This document shows, one piece after another, positions 1 to 14,411 of a stretch of DNA of 64,000 bases. Every line of letters begins with the position of its first letter. The stretch's first letter is position 1. The DNA is taken from NCBI RefSeq assembly GCF_009914755.1, contig NC_060936.1, one strand, 5' to 3'. A model generated the notes under the pieces. The model worked only from the letters and a program-made list of their open reading frames with translations. It had not been told where the DNA came from and did not search any database. This stretch comes from the human T2T-CHM13v2.0 reference genome, Homo sapiens. A program made the translations under genes and the position numbers.

Positions 1-355
1 AAACCACTATAACACTTTCAATATACATTATTCAACTGCAACATACACACATATACACATGATCAAAGAGGTATGCATACATTTTTATATATGGGGATAT
101 ACATTTTATATATAAGTATGCACTTTATATATTTACATATATAAATCTTATCAAATTTCAAGGAACTCTTAAATATACACATACATACATATATAAATTC
201 TTAGATACATCTATGAATAAATGTTCTAATCAATAGATGAATAAAAATTAAAAACTTTAAATTCCTTACCAACAAGGAAAGCAAATGTTTTAAAAAATTG
301 ATTGATTATTCTAAATATCCTTAAGTTGTATTTGTTTTGCTTAGTTAATAAGTTG

Positions 356-635
356 AGCCGAGTGCAGTGGCTCATGCTTGTGATGCCAGCACTTTGGGAG
401 GCCAAGTTGAGTCCAGGAGTTTGAGACCAGCCTGAGTAATGTGGCAAAACCCTGTCTTTACTAAAAACACAAAAAATTAGTTGGGTGTGATGGCGCATGC
501 CTACAGTCCCAGCTACTCAGGAGGCTGAGGTGGGAGAATCACCTGAGCCCAGGAAGTCAAGGCTGCAGTGAGCCGTGTTTGCACCACTGTACTCCAACCT
601 GGGAAATGGGAGTGAGAGCCTCTCTCAAAAATAAA
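356..635 (+). mobile_element. AluJ-like
   Basis: Dimeric Alu consensus with A-rich linker. Confidence 0.9.
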
Positions 636-2639
636 TTGGCAAGGGACAGTAGGAAATAATCTTTTGCCAGAGAGTCTAGTTTGAATAAAAACATTATACC
701 TCATTGTAAATAAATAAATACAAATTTTCATTTATACTACAGTCTGTTACTACTTATGACTCTAATAAACTATTAAACCAATGCTTCCCTAAATATCCCT
801 ATTCTGACCAATCAAACTGTAACAGGTTCCTGTGTAGCCATCAAAATGGATCGATCAAAGAAAATATATTTGAACAGACTTTATGCAAATGAATGTTTGT
901 GAGCTTGTGAACTTTTTTCTTTTTAACTATTTGATCAAAAAATCATTTTTCACAACAAATTTGCCTGGAGGTGATTTCACCTGAGAAGTCCCAGAGAGAC
1001 TAGGCTTTAGAATGTCAGTTGAAAACTATTTCTTTCCTGCTTGGGGAACAAAACACCATTTTCAACTCCCACTAGATTCTAAGGATTTAGATTTAATGAT
1101 TATAGGCCATTGCATCAATCTAGATGTTCCAAAGGCCACACCTAGGAGATCCCCATTGGTCCTTATAACAATCAATGTTATTAAAGTTCTTTCTTATTAA
1201 ATCTGACTTCGTATTGTGACTATAGAACATAAAAGCTGTTCTCCTGTCCAACAAAGGCAATCACCTGAACCGGCAACCTTAACATAGCTGCACTGCAGAT
1301 TGGTTAAACCAAACTATACTGCATATAAATGAGACATTGGTTTCAGAAACAGGAAAACTAAAGGATATTTTAGAACCTTTGAAAAAAGGACCTGCCCTAT
1401 GGCTATTTAACTTATTAGTGTAGAATTCACTAAAGCATTTTATCATCAATAGGACTTTATAAACTCAACCATGAAACAATATTTTAAAAGTAACCTTCTC
1501 CAGTTCATTGTTATTTTTAGCAGAGGCAGCTAAATAAAAATCCTGCAGCCAAGTTGGAGAGAAGATTGCCGTACTGGACAGGATGTACAGGCAATCTGTA
1601 TTTGGGGCATGGGAAGGATTTTGAGGCTGAGTTTCTAGATAAAGATTTAATTAGTAAAGATTCAGATGTCCCCCTTGGCTGGGCTTTGAACTCATCAGGA
1701 ATAGCCAGGACCAGGAAACTGATGGGGACATCATAATGAGTCCTATGGGTGACCCAAGGTCAGACTTAGGATGTAAGGCCAAAGCTGGGAGTTATGAGTA
1801 AACATTCACTGTTCAAGGAAATAGAGCACTGTTGTAACCCAGACCTGAAGACTCATGAAATACATACTTGAGGGCCATGAGGGAGAACACATTCTGGCCA
1901 TAAGGGAGAAATCTGGCCATAAGGGAGAAATGATCAGAGAATAGTGGGACAGGACATCCCCCTGTAAGGTAGGGATTACCAGCAGCAGGCATTTCCAGCA
2001 GAAACTAGATGCTCAGAGTCCAACTTTGCAGTCCTACAAGATGAATTCCCAACTTTTTTCCTATTGTCTGAGACAGTGGTCCAGAATCTGCAGTACTGCA
2101 CAGAATCCTGGCTGTTGCTACACCCTATATACCCACTCATGTATTCCTGTATCATGAAATCCTTTCAAGTCTTCCTCTTGCTTACTTGTCCAGAGATTCC
2201 AGGCATTCCTGGGATACACATCTTCCCTAGTAATTATATCGAAGATTCCCCTAGGTGTCTACATGAGTCCCAACCAACTTCTCTCCCACTTGTCATGTCT
2301 GGAGTCTGCTAGCAATACCTATTAGGAGGAATTACATGCCCTCCTTTCTGAATGACAGCATCCACAGTAACTGCAAAGTGGCTTATCTCTTAAAAAAAAA
2401 AAAAAAGCCTCCACACCAAAATAATTCCTCACCTCCTGTTTTTCTTCTAATTGAGGTAATGAGCAGGAGTGGGCTTCTACCAGTAATGATTTCAATGTGA
2501 TTTTCTTACTAAAGGCACAAAGTAAGAATAACAACAGCAGCATTAGCAGAAACAACTTTGATTTTTGATAGTGCTTCACCCTATAGGAGAATTTATCTGA
2601 GTTTTATCTAGACTTACAAACTTAATAAATAATTTTAAT

Positions 2640-2870
2640 AATAACAAATGTCAATGAACAGTTAGGAGTAGGTAGTTTGAAGCGCCTTATATATAATCTC
2701 ATACTTAATCCTCAAAACCTTACATAGTACTATTATATGCATTTTATATGCTAAGAAATTGAGATACAGAGCTTTGTGTATATTGTACAAGTCATATAGC
2801 TAATTAATAGTACAGCTGGAATGTGAACGTAGTCTGACACAGGAGTCCACTTAGCCATTGATCTGTGTGG
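2640..2870 (-). mobile_element. MIR
   Basis: TTAATCCTCAAAACC..ATTATATGCATTTTATATGCTAAGAAATTGAGATACAGAG..CAAGTCATATAGCTAATTAAT. Confidence 0.6.
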
Positions 2871-3023
2871 CTCAATTATACTCTAAGCATCAGCTTTTCA
2901 GAACTACCCATGTTTTACTGAACATGACTTGATTTTTCCTCAGTCTTGAGTGTTCGAACACATTCTTCATGCCAATTAATTGTCTCTTTGATATTTATTT
3001 TCCTAGGTCAATCATATGCTTGC

Positions 3024-3368
<345 letters not shown>

Positions 3369-3648
3369 TAAAAATGTGTTCAAATTTCTTCAATGTATTA
3401 TCATTACTGACCCCTATATAAATCAAAATTTGAGCTCTCTTCATATGAATTACACTGTTACAATTTCTTGTTTTCACATCCATGTTCTTCAGTGGACCAT
3501 TTAAAGAGCAAAGACTACACCTCAATCACCTTTATGTTCCATGTGACCGATATGAAAAGAGAATCAGTACCATGAGAAAACTGTCTGGAGTAATCTTGAC
3601 TTGGCTGCTATGATTTTACGAGTTATTTCTAGGGAGTAGCCTTTGTAA

Positions 3649-4587
3649 ATGGCCTTGGGGAATCACAGCACCATCACCGAGTTCCTCCTCCTTGGGCTGT
3701 CTGCCGACCCCAACATCCGGGCTCTGCTCTTTGTGCTGTTCCTGGGGATTTACCTCCTGACCATAATGGAAAACCTGATGCTGCTGCTCGTGATCAGGGC
3801 TGATTCTTGTCTCCATAAGCCCATGTATTTCTTCCTGAGTCACCTCTCTTTTGTTGATCTCTGCTTCTCTTCAGTCATTGTGCCCAAGATGCCAGAGAAC
3901 CTCCTGTCACAGAGGAAAACCATTTCAGTAGAGGGCTGCCTGGCTCAGGTCTTCTTTGTGTTTGTCACTGCAGGGACTGAAGCCTGCCTTCTCTCAGGGA
4001 TGGCCTATGACCGCCATGCTGCCATCTGCTGCCCACTACTTTATGGACAGATCATGGGTAAACAGCTGTATATGCACCTTGTGTGGGGCTCATGGGGACT
4101 GGGCTTTCTGGACGCACTCATCAATGTCCTCCTAGCTGTAAACATGGTCTTTTGTGAAGCCAAAATCATTCACCACTACAGCTATGAGATGCCATCCCTC
4201 CTCCCTCTGTCCTGCTCTGATATCTCCAGAAGCCTCATCGCCTTGCTCTGCTCCACTCTCCTACATGGGCTGGGAAACTTCCTTTTGGTCTTCTTATCCT
4301 ACACCCGTATAATCTCTACCATCCTAAGCATCAGCTCTACCTCGGGCAGAAGCAAGGCCTTCTCCACCTGCTCTGCCCACCTCACTGCAGTGACACTTTA
4401 CTATGGCTCAGGTTTGCTCCGCCATCTCATGCCAAACTCAGGTTCCCCCATAGAGTTGATCTTCTCTGTGCAGTATACTGTAGTCACTCCCATGCTGAAT
4501 TCCCTCATCTATAGCCTGAAAAATAAGGAAGTGAAGGTAGCTCTGAAAAGAACTTTGGAAAAATATTTGCAATATACCAGACGTTGA
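3649..4587 (+). CDS. OR8S1: Olfactory receptor 8S1, single-exon 312-aa class A GPCR
   Basis: Intact ATG..TGA ORF with OR motifs: N-glycosylation site NHS, LHKPMYFFL, MAYDRHAAIC, SY, KAFSTCSAH, PMLNSLIYSLKNKEVK. Candidate 5'UTR acceptor ttatttctag|G at 3631/3632. N-terminus MALGNHSTITEF recognised as OR8S1. Confidence 0.93.
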   Translation: MALGNHSTITEFLLLGLSADPNIRALLFVLFLGIYLLTIMENLMLLLVIRADSCLHKPMYFFLSHLSFVDLCFSSVIVPKMPENLLSQRKTISVEGCLAQVFFVFVTAGTEACLLSGMAYDRHAAICCPLLYGQIMGKQLYMHLVWGSWGLGFLDALINVLLAVNMVFCEAKIIHHYSYEMPSLLPLSCSDISRSLIALLCSTLLHGLGNFLLVFLSYTRIISTILSISSTSGRSKAFSTCSAHLTAVTLYYGSGLLRHLMPNSGSPIELIFSVQYTVVTPMLNSLIYSLKNKEVKVALKRTLEKYLQYTRR

Positions 4588-4591
4588 GTTA

Positions 4592-4888
<297 letters not shown>

Positions 4889-6059
4889 TTAGGTCAAGCT
4901 GCATACAACATGACACTGGATAAGTTTATAGTAGTAAGTATTCCTGGCTACCCTCAGTGTCTGATACTGCAAGCTGTAAATTAGAAGTGCATGAGAGAAT
5001 GGTACAAAGTTATTACAAGTAGGAAGGTTAACTTTAATCCCTCTTAGTGACAAAGCAAATTATTAAATTATTACCTCAATAAAGTTTTGTTATGAACATA
5101 TTGATTCATTTTTCTCATTCTAAAACATTCATCTTGGGCTTTGCATTTAGTAAAATCATTAGCGTCGCAAATCTATCATTATTTTTAATTTACTTTGGTG
5201 AACACACTAAAAGTCATGGCATTTAATAAGAACACAGTGTCATGGATGCGTGGGAGAGAAAAGTCACTAGATAAGACTTGATGGGAAGAAAGAGAAAGAT
5301 TTCCAACCGTGTGGCCATAGAAGACATAAACACCTAAGAGAACTTCAGAGAGGGAATCAACATACTGAGGCAGAACTTGGACTCAGATAAAATTTCCAAG
5401 AACTTCACTGTGTGTGCAGCTTGGTGGCCAGCTCTCCGGTGCAAAAGATTGCAAGGAGGCTCTGTGGCTCTAGAAACTTCATTCCTCACATGGTCTTCAT
5501 TCACTGTATACGGGATTTATATTTTTTCCAATTAGCTGATCTTATCAGTGTGTCTTTTCCTTGTAGAGTGCAGGCTATGTACCCTAGACAAATAATCTTG
5601 TTTTGACCTCATCTCAAGTGAATCCTGAAATCTTTGTCTCATCTTTCATTGTTTAGTGTCAGGTGGTTTGCCGGTTCTAAGGGCACTGAAAAACTCTCAC
5701 GTAATAAACATTTTTTCCTATAAAACAAATGCTTCTGATTTGTTTAAGCTATATTTTACAATTGTCTAACTTACTGTAGTTAACTGAAAAGGTGCAAAAA
5801 CTATCTACAAATTATTGAATTTATTGAATATTAACTTGCACTTTTCTCAAGCTTCTTTCACAAACTCTCTTCGTTCTAATTGTCAGTTTTAAAAGCTTTT
5901 CATGAAAAAAACGTATCTGTTACAAGGGGGAAAGAAGCCTCCGGGACAGCAGTCATTTGCCTCAGCTGCACAAAGGCCAGGCCAGATGGAAGAGACCAGC
6001 CTTCACCGAAGGCCGCAGGGAGCCCGGACACCCGGAGCTGAGCATTCCGGTCACGCCTC

Positions 6060-7527
6060 AACCCCAAGGGGCCTGCGCATGCTCCGCGCTGCGCGCGGCG
6101 CCCACGGCCCTGCCCTGATACGCAGGAGCCCCGGGATAGAGAAACCCAGATGAAAACACAAGCCCAGTGAGATGTTGGCCTCCTCATCTGCTACCCTCGC
6201 CGTCACCTCTGCGCACCAAGCCTTCTGTCCCGGAGAAGAAGCCGTATTTGGTCTCCCTCGATGGGCGAGACCGGGGCCACGCGGGCACCGTGATCCCGCC
6301 ACTGCATCCCGGGGACCCGCCGCTCATCCTGGAGCGGCTCAGGGCCGTTTAGCAGCTTCCGCAGGTGCTGCCTGGCCCCCGTAGACACCAAGCCAGCTTA
6401 TCAAAATTAAGGCAGAAGGCCCAGCATTCGGTGTCCACACACCTGGACAAGCAGGAATGGAATCCTACAATGCGCAAAAACTGATTGCGAAGTGGCCTGA
6501 GGCAGAGTGTTTTTCAGTCAGGGACGTTGAAAGCTGGAGTTGACGGGGTTCTTTATCAGATGGTGGATCCAGAACTAAACCACATCCCCAGGCCACCAGT
6601 GGAATGAGCAATTCACGAGATCCTGGGCGCCCAGAAGACAGCAATGGTGCCAGTGCCCCCTCCAGAGCCCAAAGACCAGTACCCTCCAGCCTTCCATCTC
6701 AGGGCGCTTCCCAAGAATATGTCCCACCCGTTTTGAAAGCTCCATTTGAGTTAATGGTGAAGAAGTAGCTTCGGTTACATGGTTACATAAGAGTGCAACT
6801 TCAGAATGAAGATAGGCCGAGGTCTCACTGATTTCGGTATTTCAGCCTTGACTGTGGGCAGTGTCCAGTTTGAACGGGGAGAGAGTTTGACGTTGGGGAA
6901 GTTGACTGTGTTGTCCCCTTCGTTGTGCCGCCATTTGACCAGCCTGTCCAAAGGTACAACGCCCAGTAGACACTACAGGGAGATAGAGAGACACTGCAGC
7001 AACCTGAGGTTGTCCTGAGACAAACTTTTATACCTGAACATGGAGACTGCACATGGATTTTGGGTTTGTGCTCTGTAATACACAAAAGCTACAATTAAAG
7101 AACATAACCAGTCCCAAAGATAATTTCAAAGAATAACGGCAATTTAAGAGGTAGCTGGAAGTGGGGATTTGACAGTGCTTATTTGACGTTACTTCTCAGA
7201 GTTGCAAACTAAAATGTACAAACCGTTAGCATCAGATATCTTGATGGTTGAAGGTTGTTATGACCTTCCTGTACATGAATCTTTTACGTTCCCTTTCCCT
7301 TGTAAGAGGTGACAAAACATGGAACCCTAGAATGTGTGAGGAAGCTTGGACATTAGGTATAAGGAAAAACATTTGCAAGCTGTCTGTCCAGGGCCTCTTC
7401 CTGTCCTGCAAGGGCTGGTGAGTCTTGGGTGTGTTTAGTTTATTCTCATGTTTGTGTTATTTGGAAAAGTGAATGGTCAATAAATGGCTTCAGATTTATA
7501 ATAAAATCATTTGATACTAAAAAAAAG
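6060..7527 (+). pseudogene. BOD1 processed pseudogene (retrocopy)
   Basis: Frameshifted translation of ~6270-6714 gives PGDPPLI..RRCCLAPVDTKPAYQN..RQKA..VSTHLDKQEWNPTM..GLRQSV.QSG.L.AGVD..QMVDP.LNHI.RP..E*AIHE..VPVPPPEP.DQ.PPA, matching BOD1/BOD1L2. No introns, stops and frameshifts present, long 3'UTR ending AATAAA (~7500) and an A-tract at ~7519-7527. 5' boundary uncertain. Confidence 0.85.
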
Positions 7528-7639
7528 AAATTTCACTAGGAATTTATCCTGAGTAAATCATCATGAATATGCACAAATGTATTTTTACAAAGATGTTTAT
7601 TTCAATACTATTTATAGAGGTTAAAATTTTTGTAGCAAT

Positions 7640-7977
<338 letters not shown>

Positions 7978-9196
7978 CTACTACATCCAGAGAAATATTT
8001 CATTACACAGAAACATTCATGATATACACTGTTAAGTTTTAAAAAAGTATATCACAACTCAACATGTAAAGTACAATCTGATTTACGTTTTTATAACTAT
8101 ATTTATTTCTGTCTGTATAACTATGTCATTGTAAATTTATCTATCTACCTATCCATGTTTATATCTGTCATTATTGATATTGCCACAGAAAAAAATAGAC
8201 ACCTCCAAATATTCATTTCTTAATAATGTACAAAATAAAAAATACCCTCATCTGGCCATTGATATTTCACAAATGGTGTCTCCTCTCAACTGATACGCCA
8301 GAATACCCTAAACACACTATATATTCCAAACACAACAATTCAAGGCCTGATTTGCTTTCTTTGGCCTAAGATGAGGCATCAGTTAAAACCCCAAGTCAAG
8401 CTTCCTATGGTGAAGGAGAGTAGAAATACCTGAACCCTGGACTTGAAGTTGGTTATAGTCAGCGCACAGATGTCACAGGAGGATAGTGATTGAGAGAAAG
8501 ATACCAACAGACCCAAATTCCTTTTAGCATAAGTAAAAGACATTAGATCATAACTGCATGAAGACATGTCTACAATTCTAGAGGCTCAGCAATGGTCTCC
8601 CCATTGCAGGGGCAATGCCCTTGAACTTCAATGCTCACATAACCCCACTGCTTACTATACCACCCTTCAGTAAAAAGACCCCATCTAGTCCTTAAGGAAA
8701 CTCTTCTTGTAATTCTCTCAAGGGTTTTTATGTTGTGGCCTCCAGAAATATGAGGAGACCTTGGCTATATATTGACCCTCCCAAGAAGTATAAATAACTG
8801 TTGACAATCCTAGCATATACCTGAGTGCTTATTAATGAGAGATTGAATTTATAGGGAATTTCTGAGCATTAATTTCCCAGATACACCGTCACCTTAAGAG
8901 GCCTGAAGTCTCCTCCTACAAGACAGATGACAAAAAGGGTGCAAATATACTAGAGACAAAACCACGCAAAGTAATAGTTCATGCTGAGGTTTTTCAATAT
9001 TATTCTAGCTTCATTGCACTATTTGCTGTTTTACTATTAAAGCCTTTGCAAACTATAAAATTTCTTCTGTCTTTTATCCTCATAAAACATATCACACTTA
9101 AAAAGTATGTACTAAACATGTACATTCCAGTTAAAGAATGATTACAAATGAATGTACATGTACCCACTACCCAGCTTTAAGAATTATTCATTTTAT

Positions 9197-9518
<322 letters not shown>

Positions 9519-9571
9519 CTACTACCCAAAACTAATCACTACCCTGGATTTGTTCATCATTCCCCTTGCTT

Positions 9572-10033
9572 TGTCGGGGATCAGAACATGATACCCCAAA
9601 ATGTGGCACTTTAGCATACTGAGTATTTTAAGCAGAAGGAAACAGAAAACCCCAGAATCAGGAAGATCACTCTCTGAACTTCTCCCACCTTTCTTCTTTG
9701 AAGAAGGTAATTAGAAAAATTCTCTGACCTATGTCCCCTGAAAGTAGGTCATAAGACCCTCACTCCAGAGGAGTCTTGCCAAGAAGAATCTGAAGCCGTT
9801 AACTACCATTAGATCACACCCCTTTGTCCTCCAATCATTCTTCTGTGTGACTGTCCATAAGAATACACAGTTTTCCCTGGGTTTTGGGGTCTTCATTTCT
9901 GAAGACTCCAATGTCACATAAAAGTTATATTAAATAAATTTGTATGCTCTTGTTATTCCGTCTTTTGTTATAGGGGTATCAGCCAAGAACCTTGTGATAG
10001 ATGAGAAAAGGATATTACTTTTTCTCTCTTACA
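9572..10033 (+). mobile_element. Solo ERV1 LTR, MER34/MER39-like
   Basis: TG..CA termini, starts TGTCGGGGATCAGAACATGATACCCCAAAAT, internal AATAAA, ~460 bp. Confidence 0.65.
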
Positions 10034-10164
10034 ATTTTCTTTAAATAATTTAGTTTTATCTGGTTCTGAAGTTTAGATAAATAAAATTATATTATATGTA
10101 TTATTGTGACTTGCTTCTTTTCACTCACAGGAAATTATCACCAGACCTAACTATGCTAATTATC

Positions 10165-13100
10165 AAGAAGACCTAACTATGCTGAATACCTATGCACCCA
10201 GATTCATAAAGCAAATATCCTTTTGCTTTAAATTTGCATAAAGCAAATTCTTAGAGACCTGCAAAGAGACTTAGATAACTGCACAATAATAGTGGGAGAC
10301 TTCAACCGTCCATTGATAGTATTAGACAGATCATCAAGGCAGAAAACTAATAAAAAGATATTCAGGACCAGAACTTGACACTTGATCAATTGGACCTAAT
10401 ACACATCTGCAAAACTCTCCACACAAAAGCAACAGAATATACATTCTTCTCATCGCCACATGACACATACTCTAAAATTGACCATAAAATCGGACATAAA
10501 ACTATCCTCAGCAAAATGAGAAAGAACCAAAATCATACCAACCACAATCTTTCTATAAAAAAAGAAATCAGTACTAAGAAGATTGCTCAAAACCATACAA
10601 TTATGTGGAAATTAAACAAACTGCTCCTGAATGACCTTTAGGTAAACAATAATATTAAGGCAGAAATCAAGAAATTTTTTGAAACTAATGAGAACAAAGA
10701 TACAACATACCAGAATCTCTGGGGCACAGTTAAACAATGTTAAGAGTGAAGTTTATGGTGCTAAACACCCACATCAAAAAGTAGAAAGATCTCAAATTAA
10801 AACCTAACATCACACCTAGAGGAACTAGAGGAACAAGAGCAAACAAACCACAAAGCTAGAGGAAGGCAAGATCAGAGCTGAACTGAAGGAAATTGAGATG
10901 AAAAAAGCATACAAAAGATCAATAAATCCAGGAGATTGTTTTTTGAAAGAATAAATAAAATAGATAGACTACTAGATAGAATAATAAAGAAAAAAAGACA
11001 AGATCCAAGTAAACACAATCAGAGATGACAAAGGGCACGTTACCACCAACCCCACAAAAATATATATATATAAAAAAGACTGCTATGAACACTTCTATGC
11101 ACACAAGCAAAAAACCTAGGAAAAACAGATATGTTCCTGGATGCATATACCCTCCCAAGACTGAACCAGGAAGAAATTAAATCCCTGAACAGATGAATAA
11201 TAAATTGCAAAATTGAATGAGTAATAAAAAGCCTATGAACCAGAAAAATCCCAGGATGAGGCAGATTGAAAGCTGAATTCTACCAGATGTATAAAGAAGA
11301 GCTGGTATGATTCCTACTGAAGCTAATGCAAAAAAAAAAAAAAAAGAGGAACAGGGACTCCTCTCTAATTCATTCTATGAGGCCAACATTATTCTTATGC
11401 CAAAACCTAGCAAAGACACAACAACAACAACACTTCAGGCCACTATCCTTCATGAACATAGATGCAAAAACCCTCAACAAAATACTGTCAAACCAAATCC
11501 AGCAGCACATCAAAAAGCTAATCCACCATGATCAGATAAGTTTTATCACTGTGATGCAAAGTTGGTTCAACATATACAAATCAATAAATGTGATTCATCA
11601 CATAAACAAAACTAGAAACAAAAACCACATGATCATCTCAGTGGATGATCCATCTCATCCATGGATTTCTCAATCCATCTCAATGGATTCAGAAAAGGCT
11701 TTTAATAATATTCAACATCCTTTCATGTTAAAAACCCTCAGCAAACTGGGCTTTGAAGGAATATACTTCAGAATGATAACAGTCATTTATGAAAACCCAT
11801 AATGAACATCATACTAAATAGGCAAAAGCTGGAAGCAAAACCAGAACAAGACAAGGATGTCTTCTCTCATCACTTCTATTCAACATAGTTCTGGAAGTCT
11901 GAGCCAGAGCAATCAGGCAACAACAAAAGGCATCCAAATATAAAGAGAAAAATCAAACTTTCCCTGTTTGCAGATGATATGATTCTACACCTAGAAAACC
12001 CCATAGTCTCTGCCCAAAATCTCCTTGATATGATAAATAACTTTAGCAAATTTCAGGACACAAAATCAATGTACAAAAACCAGTAGCATTCCTGTACATC
12101 AACAATATCCAAGCTGAGAGCCTAATCAAGAATGCAATCTCATTCACAATAGCCACACAAAAAAAAATTCCTAGGAGTACAGCTAACCAGGGAGAAGAAA
12201 GATATTTACAAGAATTATAAAACACTGCTTAGAGAAATCAGAGATGACACAAACAAATGGAAAAACATTCAATGCTCATGGATAGGAAGGATCAATGTTG
12301 TTAAAATAGCCATACTGCCCAAAACAATTTACAGATTCAGTGCTATTCCTATCAAACTACCAAGGACATTCTTCACAGAAATTGAAAAAACTATTTAAAA
12401 ATTCATATGAAGCCAAAAAAGAGTTTGAATAGGCAAGGCAATCCTAAGCAAAAGAATAAAGCTGGAAGCATCACATTACCCAACTGCAAACTATACTACA
12501 GAGCTGCAGTAACCAAAACAGCATGGTACAGATACAAAAACAGACACATAGATCAATGGACCATAATAGAGAGCCCAGAAATAATGCCACACACCCACAA
12601 CCATCTAATCTTCAACAAAGTTGACAAAAAGAAGCAATGAGGAAAGAACTCCCTACTCAATAAATGGTGCTGGGATAACTGGCTAGCTATATGTGGAAGA
12701 TTGAAACTGAACCACTTGCTTACACCACATACAAAAATCAATTCAAGATGGATTAAAGAATTAAATGTAGAATCCAAAATTATAAACACTCTGGAAGATA
12801 ACCTAGGATATACCATTCTGGATGTAGGCCTTGGCAAAGATTACATGACAAAGATGCCAAAAGCAATTGCAACAAAACCAAAAATTGACAAATGGGGCCT
12901 AACTAAGTGAAAGAACTTCTGCACAGCAAAAGAAACTATCAACAGAGTACAGAGACAACCTAAGAATGGGCGAATATTTTTGCAAACTATGCAGCCAACA
13001 AAGGTCTAATATCCAGACTCTATAAGGAACTTAACCCTTTTCCCACTTAGAAACAAAACATGCAACTCGCTGCTGACGCTCATTTAATTTTACATAAACA

Positions 13101-14411
13101 TGCTTTTTGAGACTGAAGCAAATCTGACTGACTTTTAATGTGAAAATAAAATATAAAAACTGTTCTTGGAGTTATTTATAAACAGAACTAACATCAGAAT
13201 TGTCTGAATTATCAGAATCGCCTATTTTGGAAAAATCTGTTTCATCAAATGAATCTTTGGTCAACAACTGTTAGAGAACAATATTAACATCACACACAGG
13301 AATGCCATGTTTTCTAGGATTTGACATTTGCAGCAATTGAGAACTACTATGTTTCATGAATGGAAATACCACTACTAAAAACAGAATGCTTTAAAAGAAC
13401 AATGTCTTTTGTTTCCAAAGTTGTTATACTAAAGCAATGCAAAAATAATAATAAAAGCAAGATATTTTATGGCAAAGTTATCTTGGGGTAAACACTGCAG
13501 CCACAAGCACAACTGGTGAGTATTCTCAGGGCAAACAGGAAAAGGGTTAAACAAATTAACAAGCAAAAAACAACCCCATTAAAAAGAAGGCAAAGCACAT
13601 GAATAGACACTTTTAAAAGAAAATGACACACGGCCAACAAGCATATGAAAAAATGCTCAACATCACTAATCATTAGAGAAATGCAAATCAAAACTACAAT
13701 GAGATACCATCTCACACCAGTTATAATGGCTATTAATAAAAAGTCAAAAAATAAAAGATGCTTGTCAGGTTACAGAGAAAAGGGAAGTCTTATGCACTGC
13801 TGATGGCAATGTAAATTACTTCAGCCATTGTGGAAAGAGGCGTGACAATTTCTCAAAGAACTTAAAGCAGAATTGTCATTCAACCCAGCGATCCCATTAT
13901 TGGATATATACCCGAAGGAATATAAATTATTCTACCATAAAGACACATACATGCATATGTTTCTCACAGCACTATTCACAATAGCAAAGATATGGAATCA
14001 ACCTGGGTGCCCATCAACAGTAGACTGCATTTTTAAAATCTGGTACATATACACCCTGGAATACTACGCAGCCATAAAAAGGAATGAGATCATGTCTTTT
14101 GTAGCAACATGGATAGAGCTGGAGGACATTATCCTAAGCAAACTAATGCAGGAACAGAAAACCAAATACTGCATGTTCTTACTTATAAGTGGGAGCTAAA
14201 TGATGAGAACACATGGACTCAAAGAAGGGAACAACAGACACCAGGGCCTACTTGAGGGCAGAGGGAGGGAGGGAGGAGGGATAATACTGAAAAACTACCT
14301 ATTTGGTGACAAAATAATCATACACCAAAGCCCCATGACATGCAATTTATCCATATAACAAACCTGCACATGTACCCCTGAACCTAAAATAAAAGTAAAA
14401 AAAAAAAAAAA
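10165..14411 (+). mobile_element. 5'-truncated older L1PA (about L1PA13-16), degraded ORF2 + 3'UTR + poly(A)
   Basis: ORF2 fragments (EN end, RPLSFMNIDAK, HHDQ, C-terminal EYYAAIKRNEIMSF), 3'UTR ACCTGCACATGTACCCCTGAACCTAAAATAAAAG and A-tail at ~14397-14411. Confidence 0.9.
13035..13546 (-). mobile_element. MER75 non-autonomous piggyBac DNA transposon
   Basis: TTAA at 13031-13034 and 13547-13550; TIRs CCCTTTTCC...GGAAAAGGG; 512 bp; L1 sequence resumes seamlessly across it. Confidence 0.9.

Noticed and set aside
1893-1930. 19-bp perfect tandem duplication TCTGGCCATAAGGGAGAAA
   Set aside because: Ordinary slippage duplication in probable old LTR sequence.
5398-7537. AAGAACTTCACT / AAGAAATTTCACT as the TSD of the BOD1 retrocopy
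   Set aside because: Imperfect match, and the right copy is also explained by an adjacent old L1 fragment; boundary left unresolved.
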